A stretch of 53,857 nucleotides of DNA from Myxococcota bacterium (lineage in GTDB: Bacteria > Myxococcota_A > Polyangia > Polyangiales > Houyiibacteriaceae). Every line of letters starts with the position of its first letter. Position 1 is the stretch's first letter. Shown here piece by piece: positions 1 through 9,271 of the stretch. Location: positions 1-53,857 of the forward strand of contig JBCCEA010000028.1 in NCBI GenBank assembly GCA_039030515.1. The letters are read 5' to 3'. The notes beneath the pieces were generated by a model. The model worked only from the letters and a program-made list of their open reading frames with translations, did not search any database and was not told where the DNA came from. The translations under genes were made by a program, and so were the position numbers.

Positions 1-27
1 AGGTCCCCGGTGCAAGGGCGCTTCCAA

Positions 28-314
28 GCACCGTACCCGGTCAGGTGGGCGCGACAAGCACGCTTGCAGCAAGCCAGAGGCCCCCTCAAGACGCCGATGC
101 GCCGCGGAGACAGCCACCGCAAGGGCGCTTCCACGCACCGTACCCGGTCAGGTTTGGGAAGGTACCAAGCACCGTACCCGGTCAGGTGGGCGATGCAGCC
201 ACCGCAAGGGCGCTTCCACGCACCGTACCCGGTCAGGTGGGCGAGAGAGGTGGGCGATGGGTATCCGGCTTCCACGCACCGTACCCGGTCAGGTTTGGGG
301 GGTCAGGTTTGGGG
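28..314 (+). repeat. Intergenic repeat array 1: five copies of GCACCGTACCCGGTCAGGT with partly repeated linkers
   Basis: Exact 19-mer read at 28, 135, 169, 220 and 276. Three copies are preceded by CAAGGGCGCTTCCA(A/C). GGTCAGGTTTGGGG is duplicated at the end. The array may continue left of the window. Confidence 0.92.
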
Positions 315-406
315 AGGTAGGCGAGAGGCAGCCTTCGGGAGGTGAACGGAAGGCGCGATGCGGCACTTTGGAGCAGCTCCACCTGGCGCGTGGCAGGTCG
401 GCGATT

Positions 407-1975
407 CTAACTCTTCTCGTGTTCTACTGGGGCTGGCTTTGGACGAACGACTCCCAGTTTCTTCATTCGAGCTTCGAGGGTCGTCGGGCGCATACCTAGC
501 AAGCGTGCGGCGCCTCGCTTCCCGCTGACCACCCAGTCGGATTTTTGTAGGGTTCTCTCGATATGGAGGCGTTGAACTTGGTCGAGTGTCTGCCATTCGT
601 CATCGATGTTTCGCGCTTCGCAAGCTAAAAAGTCTTCTCTAGCCACCTGAGATTCAGTCACTGAATGGTACTGCGTCTCACGCTTCATATATAACGGCAA
701 CCAAGGACCGAGTTCCAAATGGTTACCGCTCTGCATGATAATTCCGCGCTCGATTACGTTCTCAAGTTCACGAACATTTCCAGGCCAATCGTAGGCTCTT
801 AAGGCATCAATCACGCCTGAAGCGATTCCGTTGATGTGTTTGCCGAGGCTCTGAGAATGTTTCTGCACGAAGTAATCCACGAGTATCGAGATATCATCTC
901 GACGGGAACGCAACGGAGGTAACTCGATGGGGAACACATGGAGTCGGTAGTAAAGATCTTCACGAAATCTTCCGTCCTCAATAGCCTTTTGTAAGTCTAC
1001 GTTCGTGGCAGCGATCACACGAACGTCAATGGAAACACTGCGCGTGCCTCCAATACGCTCGATCTCCCCCTCCTGCAGAACTCGTAAGAGCTTTGCCTGA
1101 AGCGCAATGGGGAGATCACCTATTTCATCAAGAAGAATCGTGCCTTGATCAGCCAACTCAAAGCGACCTATTTTCCTCGCATGCGCTCCTGTAAACGCTC
1201 CTTTCTCGTGACCAAAGAGCTCACTTTCCATCAGAGACTCTGGTAGTGCTGCACAGTTGACACGCACTAAGGAACCGACGCGTTGCGAGCGGACATGCAC
1301 TTCATTCGCAACTAGTTCTTTACCCGTTCCAGTCTCACCTAGAATTAAGACCGTGGCTTTTGTATGGGCCACTTGTTCAATCTGCCGGAACACATGACTA
1401 AGCTGCCCAGACGACCCTATTATAGAGGGCCTTTGATACTCCAATTCCGAGCGGAGATAGATATTTTCTGCATCGACCTTTTCTTTTAACGCAGCTACCT
1501 CAGCCAGAGCAATTTCAAGTTCACGAGTGCGTTCAACAACCCTCTGTTCGAGACTGATGTTAGCGGCTTTTAGTTTTTTTTGCAGTGAATGTAACAGAAG
1601 ATGAGTTCGTATTCGCGCAGTCACTTCTGCGTGCTGGATGGGTTTCGTAACGTAGTCGACTCCCCCAACTTGAAATCCCCTCACCTTATCTTCGGTTTCC
1701 GAACGTGCCGTCATGAAGATCACCGGAATACCCTGTGTTGACTCAATACTCCGCAGCCGTCGACAGGTTTCGAAGCCGTCGATACCGGGCATCATGACGT
1801 CAAGGAGAACTAGATCCGGAGACGTAAGCACGGCCCGTTCGATGGCTCGCTCTCCATCGGTTGCCACCACGAGCTCAAATCCTTCGTGTTGCAGTGCATC
1901 TACGAGCACCTCTAGATTGGTAGGGGTGTCGTCTACGATCAGAATTCGAGGCAAAGTCTTTTCGTCCATCGACAT
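407..1975 (-). CDS. Sigma-54-dependent response regulator (NtrC family: REC - coiled coil - AAA+ - HTH)
   Basis: REC motifs ILIVDD and LLDVMMP; Walker A GETGTGKE; ESELFGHEKGAFTGA; LLDEIG; FREDLYYRL; WPGNVRELEN; C-terminal AARLLG HTH. Start may be the ATG at 1969. Confidence 0.95.
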   Translation of the reverse strand: MSMDEKTLPRILIVDDTPTNLEVLVDALQHEGFELVVATDGERAIERAVLTSPDLVLLDVMMPGIDGFETCRRLRSIESTQGIPVIFMTARSETEDKVRGFQVGGVDYVTKPIQHAEVTARIRTHLLLHSLQKKLKAANISLEQRVVERTRELEIALAEVAALKEKVDAENIYLRSELEYQRPSIIGSSGQLSHVFRQIEQVAHTKATVLILGETGTGKELVANEVHVRSQRVGSLVRVNCAALPESLMESELFGHEKGAFTGAHARKIGRFELADQGTILLDEIGDLPIALQAKLLRVLQEGEIERIGGTRSVSIDVRVIAATNVDLQKAIEDGRFREDLYYRLHVFPIELPPLRSRRDDISILVDYFVQKHSQSLGKHINGIASGVIDALRAYDWPGNVRELENVIERGIIMQSGNHLELGPWLPLYMKRETQYHSVTESQVAREDFLACEARNIDDEWQTLDQVQRLHIERTLQKSDWVVSGKRGAARLLGMRPTTLEARMKKLGVVRPKPAPVEHEKS

Positions 1976-1996
1976 CTATCTCAATCTTGCCGATCT

Positions 1997-4327
1997 TCAG
2001 ATCGTGTTCATTCCGGATGTATTTTCGATACGAGACTCGATCAAATCTCCGATAGCATTCAGTCTGAAATCTTTTGAAAGCCTTCGAAGTTCCTGGGCAA
2101 ACGCCCGATAATCCGGACCGAGCGACTCGATCGCTTCAATCTGTTTACGAACAGCAACGATCTTACCTTGTCGTGCAGAGGCAAGAAGAGGAAGGAGAGT
2201 CTCTGACGATGGAACAAGCCAAGGATTCGACTGAGGAGACGATGAATCTGAATCGTTGGCCGTTTGCATAGGACAAATCCAGTGAAGTGAGAGTTGTTCA
2301 CCAAGAGTCCTGAGAAGCTCGTCAGCTTGAATTGGTTTAGACAAGAAATCATCTGCCCCCGCAACCGCACTTCTGTTTCGATTATCTTTAGAAACGCTTG
2401 CCGACAGAGCGATGATGGGAGTACGGGAAAGCGATGGCTGCGCACGCATACGCCGAATCGCTTCCAGACCATCCATTTCGGGCATGACAAGATCGATCAA
2501 AATCGCATCGGGGAAAGCACGCATTGCAACTTCCAACGTTTCCTTGCTGTCTGCTGCCTCCAAGATTCTGAAGTCGAGCGGCCTCAAAAGGCCTTCCAAT
2601 AGAGCACGGTTATGAGGATTGTCATCGGCAACAAGCAATGTACGCCGAGGTCCTCGATAGCCCGCAGGACGCCTGGGAATCGCTTCTTTCACCGAAAGTT
2701 CCTGACTGACTAGCGGTAAACTGAGCTCTAGATGGAATGTGCTGCCTTCACCCAAGACGCTCTGCACTCCAAGTGCACCATTCATCAACGTGACCAAGCG
2801 TTTGCAGATGGCAAGACCAAGTCCACTGCCTTCGATCTGACGTCTGCCGGTTCGCACCTGAGCAAAAGGTTCAAAAATAGCGGCTATTTGACTCTCCTCG
2901 ATCCCGAGCCCGGTGTCGCGCACTTCAATACGTACAATGTTTGGTTCCTGTTGACGTGCCCAGAGTCTCACTTCTCCGTGACAGGTAAACTTCACTGCAT
3001 TGCCCAGCAGGTTGATCAAGACCTGACGAAGTTTAGTGCCATCTCCGCACACGATTTGAGGCACAGCATGGGGCCCATCGTCAAAACAAGTATCTTGGAC
3101 AAAATGCAGCCCGTGTCGCTCCGCGCGGACTCGAGTAAGATCGCAAACGTCTCGGAGCAGCTCGTGTAAGTCAAACGCAGCCCTCTCGAGATCCATACGA
3201 CCAGCTTCAATTTTGGAGAGATCGAGAACGTCATCGATCAAAGTCAATAGATGCTCTCCACTTCTCTGAATCACTTCCACGCCCTCGAGATCTTTTCCCT
3301 CCAGGCCCGCATCGCGTTTAAGTATTTGCGCGTAACCGAGAATTCCATGAAGCGGTGTCCGTAGTTCATGACTCACGTTGGCGAGAAACTCGCTCTTCGT
3401 TCGACTTCCTGCTTCAGCCGTTTCTTTGGCTTTTCTTAGTTCTCTGACGAAGGCGTTACGCTCGGTGACGTCGATGCCCATCACAAGCTTGTGATTGCCG
3501 TCACGGTTGGCAGTGAGCCACACATCGATCTCTTCGCCATCGCGCTTCACCCACTTGACTTCAACCCCCTCATGAATGCCATCTTCGCGAAGCCGAGGAA
3601 TCAGCTCCGAACTGACAAATGGTTCACAGCTCGAGGCAACAAAAGAAATCGCGGGCTGTCCTATCACTTCGTCCCGTGGATAGCCCATCACTGTGAGCCA
3701 GTAGTCGCTGACGCTATCAATGCATCCTTCACTATCTACGCTAAATGTCATGACCGGAATACGATTGTATAAATGACGATATCTCTGTTCGCTGATACGG
3801 AGTTCTTCAGCAGCTTCAGTACGACGTCGAATTTCACGAGTCAGTTTCTCATTCGCTTTCTGTAAGGCCTGAGTTCGCTCCAAAACTCGTTGCTCGAGCT
3901 GATCGTGTGCAGTCTTGAGAGCGGACTGAGCTTCAAGCAGCGGTCTGAGATCGCGTACGATCACGACGAGAAGACCCATGCCGCAAAACGGAAGATACTC
4001 GCGATGCGCTTCAACAGGCACCGCAGATCCGTTTCTTGCCTGAACTTGTGTCTCCAGAACATCCGTTCCTTGCTCGCGAAGACAAACCCAAGTTTGGCTC
4101 CACTCTGACTCCAAGATACTTGGAAAAAGCTCAAAGATTCGCATGGAGGTTAGTTCTTGCTTGGTGTAACCGAACCGCTCAACTGCAGCTTCGTTGATGC
4201 GCCTTAGATGCCCTTCGACGTCAACCCAGAGGACTGCATCTCGCAGGCGTTGTAGGGTCAGTGCTCCGAGTTCTTGGCTGCGGCAAGGGTCGTCGTCGAC
4301 CGTAATTTTAGGTTTTTCGTGATTCAT
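1997..4327 (-). CDS. Hybrid sensor histidine kinase (PAS-PAS-HisKA-HATPase-REC)
   Basis: H box FLANVSHELRTPL; N box QVLINLLGNAVKFT; DTGLGI; GSGLGLAI; REC LLVADD/LIDLVMP/FLSKP; two N-terminal PAS-like segments; no transmembrane helix. Confidence 0.95.
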   Translation of the reverse strand: MNHEKPKITVDDDPCRSQELGALTLQRLRDAVLWVDVEGHLRRINEAAVERFGYTKQELTSMRIFELFPSILESEWSQTWVCLREQGTDVLETQVQARNGSAVPVEAHREYLPFCGMGLLVVIVRDLRPLLEAQSALKTAHDQLEQRVLERTQALQKANEKLTREIRRRTEAAEELRISEQRYRHLYNRIPVMTFSVDSEGCIDSVSDYWLTVMGYPRDEVIGQPAISFVASSCEPFVSSELIPRLREDGIHEGVEVKWVKRDGEEIDVWLTANRDGNHKLVMGIDVTERNAFVRELRKAKETAEAGSRTKSEFLANVSHELRTPLHGILGYAQILKRDAGLEGKDLEGVEVIQRSGEHLLTLIDDVLDLSKIEAGRMDLERAAFDLHELLRDVCDLTRVRAERHGLHFVQDTCFDDGPHAVPQIVCGDGTKLRQVLINLLGNAVKFTCHGEVRLWARQQEPNIVRIEVRDTGLGIEESQIAAIFEPFAQVRTGRRQIEGSGLGLAICKRLVTLMNGALGVQSVLGEGSTFHLELSLPLVSQELSVKEAIPRRPAGYRGPRRTLLVADDNPHNRALLEGLLRPLDFRILEAADSKETLEVAMRAFPDAILIDLVMPEMDGLEAIRRMRAQPSLSRTPIIALSASVSKDNRNRSAVAGADDFLSKPIQADELLRTLGEQLSLHWICPMQTANDSDSSSPQSNPWLVPSSETLLPLLASARQGKIVAVRKQIEAIESLGPDYRAFAQELRRLSKDFRLNAIGDLIESRIENTSGMNTI

Positions 4328-4350
4328 ATCGGATGGAGTCGGTTACCGGC

Positions 4351-5784
4351 TTAGGCTGAGTTCGATTCAGGATCTGAGGCGTTACATCTGTACTGAATCA
4401 AACGCAAGAGACAACGATAACCGAACTGTTTGGCATGTATATCGGTAACAGCACTCTCAACGTCGAGACTCTCAGTGGACAGGTCCAGACAGTCTGGAGG
4501 GTCGGAGTCGGCGAGGAGCACAATAGGTCGATAGATATTTGAGCTCAACCCGGCGACTTCAAGCACTGTAGCCCAGCGTCCATCGGAGAGAATAACCACG
4601 GTGCCTGGCGGAAAAGGACCTATCGTATGTAGGAGTATGCGGGCGACCTTGGGAGCTGTTTCCGAGCTATGTGCCAAAAGTCGCAATGCTGTGTCTGGAG
4701 TGAGCGCAGGCCCAAAGGGATGCGGTTGGGTGAGTCTTTCGTAAGAGTCTACCGTCGCAATGATTCGCGAAAGAATATGTCCTTCCCGTCGGCTGAGATC
4801 TCGGCTCTGCTCTAAAGCAGAGATGAGCCACAACGAGGCATGCGGACCCGGCCTCATACTGGGAAGAATCTTACGAGCGCCACGAACGTAGATAAGCTCT
4901 CGCTCTAAATCAGTCGTGGGGGCATTGGTCAGGTCAGGTTCGAGCCATCGGCCAATACCCGAAAGTGCGGCCGCCAACGCACAGTCGCGACGAAGACTGG
5001 GCGACAAGCCTGCTTTCTCAGCAAGAAGAGATACCAAAAGCGCAACAAACGCCAGCCGACTGGACAGTTCTTCCCGTGGGAACTGCATCAGTGCTACCTG
5101 CAGCGGGCGGAGTCGTTGATCAAGCCAGTTCCACTCTTGAAGCGTTCGTCTTAGTGCCTGTATCGGTAGCGTACGTCGATGCTCCATTTCACGCGTCATT
5201 TCGCGAAGCACTTTGAGGAGTTTATGGTAGAGAATGGCTGGTTTGTGGACACTGGGTTCTTTAGCGTCAGCAGCTTTTCGATAGAGCCGGATCCCCTCAA
5301 AGGTCGGAAGACTCTTTAGGGAAACAACGTTATCTGAGGACGAGTGGGCAAGAAACTCGATGAGCTTACAAACACTGCGTTCGGGAACTTGTCCCTCAAG
5401 TTCCACGAAATCGATAGGCAGTTGGTTCAAGAACGACTCAACAGCGAGACAGTCCGCCGACGACGATTCTCCGTCTGAAACAGGAATATCATTGATGTAG
5501 AGTTTGCCGGTAGCGATGGAGATTCGTGCCTGGGAGTCGCTCGCGTAAAATTCCTTCAAGCCGCTCAAGAACGATTGAATATGTCCGGAGCATGCGTCGG
5601 GCTGGAACTCTGGATTGGAGAGCCGAGATATCGAAGCCGCTCTTTCTTCAGCAGCGCATATCAGAGCATGCAAGCCTCGAGTGAGTGCTCGATTTCGGAC
5701 ACTCAGTCCCGCATCGGCAGCAAACCGCGATTCGGATGGATCGCCCGTCAGGGCACCTGGCTCTCGAGAAGGAATACTACTCAT
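4351..5784 (-). CDS. Degenerate HD-GYP-like domain protein
   Basis: C-terminal ILSRIIATVDSYERLT...TPDTALRLL...IGPFPPGTVVILSDGRWATV resembles HD-GYP C-termini. The HD dyad is replaced (AAALSGIGR). Overlaps the upstream gene by 8 bp. Confidence 0.65.
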   Translation of the reverse strand: MSSIPSREPGALTGDPSESRFAADAGLSVRNRALTRGLHALICAAEERAASISRLSNPEFQPDACSGHIQSFLSGLKEFYASDSQARISIATGKLYINDIPVSDGESSSADCLAVESFLNQLPIDFVELEGQVPERSVCKLIEFLAHSSSDNVVSLKSLPTFEGIRLYRKAADAKEPSVHKPAILYHKLLKVLREMTREMEHRRTLPIQALRRTLQEWNWLDQRLRPLQVALMQFPREELSSRLAFVALLVSLLAEKAGLSPSLRRDCALAAALSGIGRWLEPDLTNAPTTDLERELIYVRGARKILPSMRPGPHASLWLISALEQSRDLSRREGHILSRIIATVDSYERLTQPHPFGPALTPDTALRLLAHSSETAPKVARILLHTIGPFPPGTVVILSDGRWATVLEVAGLSSNIYRPIVLLADSDPPDCLDLSTESLDVESAVTDIHAKQFGYRCLLRLIQYRCNASDPESNSA

Positions 5785-8029
5785 CGCTCTTGTTTTCTTC
5801 GACGTAGTGGCGTAGCAGCGACTCTACATCGCTATCTGATTCGGCAACGTCATCGGATGGCTCAGAACCAACAGGCGCTGAACTCAATCGTCCTCCCTTT
5901 TGAAAATGACGCCGAATTGCCTCCCGTCTGCGTTCCCGACCAGACTTTACGTTTTCTAGTCCTCCAGATCCTGGAGGGCGGAACGACTCTAAGCTTCGCC
6001 TGGCGGTGCCTTCGGGCATAGTTACTTCAGCGGCAATCGTCGGAGCGGAGGGCGGGCGGTGCTCGACAGGAGGCGGAGGTGGTTCGAAAGGACGCATTGG
6101 TGGCGGAAATGAACCTACAGTGGACACGAGGTGTGCATTCAGATCAGTCGGACCATGGGTGGCGCCATTGTTCATCGAGCTCGATGAGTGTTGCGAGCCT
6201 GGAGGACGAAACCGCTCACTGCCTTGAGCCGCACCCTCTCCCTGAGGACGGCTGGATAAGCGCTCCTGAGGCGTTCGTAGATCGCGGGCTTCCTCTATGT
6301 GTTTCATCAAGCCGAGAGAGGTCAGCTGTTCACGGATCTCCCCGGTCACCGGGGGATAAGGCCTTCTCTTTTGAGAAAAGGCTCGCAATACATGTCTCGC
6401 TTCAATCGAGCCCAGATCCTCTCTGAGGCTGTGGTCGACTAGGAACTTGAGATCTTTTGCAAAATCGATATCTGCAGCTTCCCCAAGCCCCGCAATTGCA
6501 GCAGCCTTCGCACCTTGACCATTGATTCCATTGGCGCTCTGTTGCGCCATCGATCGCAAGAGCGGGAGGGCTGCCTTGCCTTCGACAAAGGCAAAAGCTC
6601 GAACGACAAGCTTCTTCATACGATCAGATTGTTCTAGGAATGCAGGATCTTCCATCCAGCCTCGAAGGAGTTCGGCGCCAATCGCAGGATTTCTCAAGCA
6701 AAGCCAAAGTGCAGAGAGCTGCGCTCCTTCTCGTTCGGATCGAAGTTCGACAGCTAAAACAGCGGGAGCATGCGCGACAGACTGATAGGTAAACCAGCCC
6801 TGAGCGATCGTCCGGATTGGTAAATACTCGCTGCAAAGCGCATCGCGGAAAAGAGCTCTAGCTTCTTCGTTATCTTGGGTCGTCTGTAAGTTGCGCATTG
6901 CAGTGCAGAGCACATCTGGCTCAAGCATATCCATCGCTGCATGGATCGCTCGAACTGTCTCGGGGCGACCAGAAACCAGCGCACCTATAGCGTGAGAGTG
7001 CCTTCGTCCGCTCTGATACTCGAGCAGTGCCTCAAGAAGAGGTCCATACTCCGATTCATGCAATAGACCTGCAAGATCTGTTGCATCTTGGTTGTCGACA
7101 GAGGTATGCAGTAGGAGATGCTCTGCAAGGCCCTCAATTGATCCTCGCAACAAAGGCAAGACCGCAGAAGGAAGCTCACCGGAGTCCATGAGTCCGATCA
7201 GGTTTCGTAGTGTTTGAGTAGGAGGGCTCTGCTTCTGAGTTACCGCTTCGTGCAGGACTTGATATTGTAAGATTTCTTCAATTCGGTCTTTTTCTGAGGG
7301 CCCAGATACTGCGATTAGCGGGGCTAGGCATCGCGAGAGCCTCTCGGCATTGACGATCATCTCTTCGCGCAGCTGATCACCCACCTGATAAACCTCAGAT
7401 TGTGCCGCTACTTCGTCTCGAGCTGTGTGCCTAAACACTTGGGTGAGTTCGCTACGGACAACCGGATCCACCTTGGTAGCGGGTAAATGTGCCAGTTTTG
7501 CGATAGGCTCTGAGCGTGTATCGAGTGCTTCAAGTTGCATTCGGATATCTCGACTCTGACCTTCATCGAGTCCATTCCAGGGGTCGACGGTGAAGTGGAT
7601 AGTATCGAGTTCAAGACTCCCAAATGCGGTAACCAGATCTTCGCTGCCGCAAGCGGGTCGATAGGTAGAATTGATTAGCGCTTCAGAGAGGGCAACCAGC
7701 TCATCGACAGAAACTCCGCGATGAATCTCGATCGTCGTCACTCCTGCTTCTTTCAAGGATCGGCCCACATGGGCAAAGCCTCCAGATAAGCCGAGCAGCA
7801 GCAAGCCGCGATGCTGGATACTGTCTTCTGTGACGTCGAGTAGGAGTGACTCTCGGCTGGAGCGAAGTCGTTCGAGCTCGCGGATGTGTTTCTGTAAAGT
7901 GCGTCGCCTCCAGATCTTGGAACTGTCAAATGGACCAAAACTCCGGAACAGTGTCGTCAACACCTGCCGCAGTATCAGCACGTAGCCTTTAAGGGTATCG
8001 CCAGGCGCTATGTTCGATGGGCGGGACAT
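5777..8029 (-). CDS. HEAT/armadillo-like alpha-helical repeat protein with a Pro/Ser-rich disordered C-terminus
   Basis: Long ORF, open to 8170; ATG at 8029 taken as the likely start. Helical repeat-like segments (KAALPLLRSMA, AAAIAGLGEA). Translationally coupled to the HD-GYP-like gene. Confidence 0.55.
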   Translation of the reverse strand: MSRPSNIAPGDTLKGYVLILRQVLTTLFRSFGPFDSSKIWRRRTLQKHIRELERLRSSRESLLLDVTEDSIQHRGLLLLGLSGGFAHVGRSLKEAGVTTIEIHRGVSVDELVALSEALINSTYRPACGSEDLVTAFGSLELDTIHFTVDPWNGLDEGQSRDIRMQLEALDTRSEPIAKLAHLPATKVDPVVRSELTQVFRHTARDEVAAQSEVYQVGDQLREEMIVNAERLSRCLAPLIAVSGPSEKDRIEEILQYQVLHEAVTQKQSPPTQTLRNLIGLMDSGELPSAVLPLLRGSIEGLAEHLLLHTSVDNQDATDLAGLLHESEYGPLLEALLEYQSGRRHSHAIGALVSGRPETVRAIHAAMDMLEPDVLCTAMRNLQTTQDNEEARALFRDALCSEYLPIRTIAQGWFTYQSVAHAPAVLAVELRSEREGAQLSALWLCLRNPAIGAELLRGWMEDPAFLEQSDRMKKLVVRAFAFVEGKAALPLLRSMAQQSANGINGQGAKAAAIAGLGEAADIDFAKDLKFLVDHSLREDLGSIEARHVLRAFSQKRRPYPPVTGEIREQLTSLGLMKHIEEARDLRTPQERLSSRPQGEGAAQGSERFRPPGSQHSSSSMNNGATHGPTDLNAHLVSTVGSFPPPMRPFEPPPPPVEHRPPSAPTIAAEVTMPEGTARRSLESFRPPGSGGLENVKSGRERRREAIRRHFQKGGRLSSAPVGSEPSDDVAESDSDVESLLRHYVEENKSDE

Positions 8030-8493
8030 CGGGCTGTGTCTCAACACTATACGACCCACGACTCCTGGAGAAAACGAACATGACAGAGAGACCACCGTGA
8101 CCGCGAGCCGGTCGCCATCACTCTGTGTCGAGCTGACTTGCAGAAGGACAGAGCGAAAGCGAACTACCACCGGCGCAAGCGCGTCCAGCTAGAACGGAAG
8201 TGAGTCGAACGTGATCCCGAAAAACTCCGAGTGGAATCGTCGGTCCAGACATCTGCAATCCTGTGCAATCGCCTTTGGATAGGGTCACTTCTAGAGTGTC
8301 GAAGGGCGGCTGGCTCCCCTAGCTTCCGGATGAGAAGTTTCCGATGCGCGACTCATCTTGTGGTTTGGGGAGTCACCGTCCACCCCCTAAGTGCTCTTGG
8401 CTCTTTGTAGGCACTTGCCTTACCTTCAAAGCTGTGCAGTGAAACTGTTCATAGATCTGACGGCCGCCAATTGGTCTCCGAGCGATCATCATG

Positions 8494-9110
8494 CCTGACC
8501 GGGTACGGTTCTCGAGGGGACTGCGGACCTCACCCTACCTGACCGGGTACGGTGCATGGAGGGGACTGCGGACCTCATCCTGCCTGACTGGGTACGGTTT
8601 CTCACCTGACCGGGTACGGTGCGCGGAGGGGACTACTGACCTCACCCTGCCTGACCAGGTACGGGTCCCACCTGACCGGGTACGGTGCATGGAGGGGACT
8701 GCGGACCTCACCATGCCTGACTGGGTACGGGTACCACCTGACCAGGTACGGTTTCTCACCTGACCGGGTACGGTGCTCGAGGGGCCTACTGACCTCACCA
8801 TGCCTGACTGGGTACGGTTTCTCACCTGACCGGGTACGGTGCGCGGAGGGGACTACTGACCTCACCCTGCCTGACTGGGTACGGGTCCCACTTGACCGGG
8901 TGCGGTGCGCGGAAGGGACTGCGGACCTCACCATACCGGACTGGATACGGGTTCTCACCTGACTGGGTACGGTGCACGGAGGGGACTGCGGACCTCATCC
9001 TGCCTGACTGGGTACGGGTACCACCTGACCAGGTACGGTGTGCAGAGGGGACTGCGGACCTCACCATGCCTGACTGGGTACGGTGCTCGAGGGGACTGAC
9101 CGGGCACGGC
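8494..9110 (-). repeat. Intergenic repeat array 2: about 19 copies of the same core (CCTGAC(C/T)(G/A)GGTACGG on the + strand) in alternating 44-45 bp and 21-22 bp units
   Basis: Cores read at 8494, 8538, 8583, 8605, 8650, 8671, 8716, 8737, 8759, 8803, 8825, 8870, 8891, 8936, 8958, 9003, 9024, 9069 and about 9095. Long linker is approximately GCNNGGAGGGGACTGCGGACCTCACCNTG; short linkers are TTTCTCA, GTCCCA or GTACCA. Confidence 0.95.
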
Positions 9111-9271
9111 ACATGGGGACCCACATACATGCCTTGACTAGATTTGGCGCCAGCCCCTGATAGACGGTGCCGCCGATCAAGACTGCTCCAGCCTCATCTA
9201 AGTCATGCGATCCCAAGTAATCCGATGAGATTGACAATAGAGATCTGCACCCAAAAGGTGTTGAGCTAGCT

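Noticed and set aside
8494..9110. CRISPR array interpretation of the repeat arrays (also 28-314 and 45743-45888)
   Set aside because: The conserved unit is only 16-19 bp, the intervening sequences are copies of each other rather than unique spacers, spacing is bimodal or irregular, and no cas genes are in the window.
8491..9137. Overlapping short ORFs with PYPVR/HRTRSG/PDRVR repeats (also 10-345 and 45-320)
   Set aside because: The same peptides appear in several frames on both strands because many unit lengths are not multiples of three. They are translation shadows of a DNA repeat.
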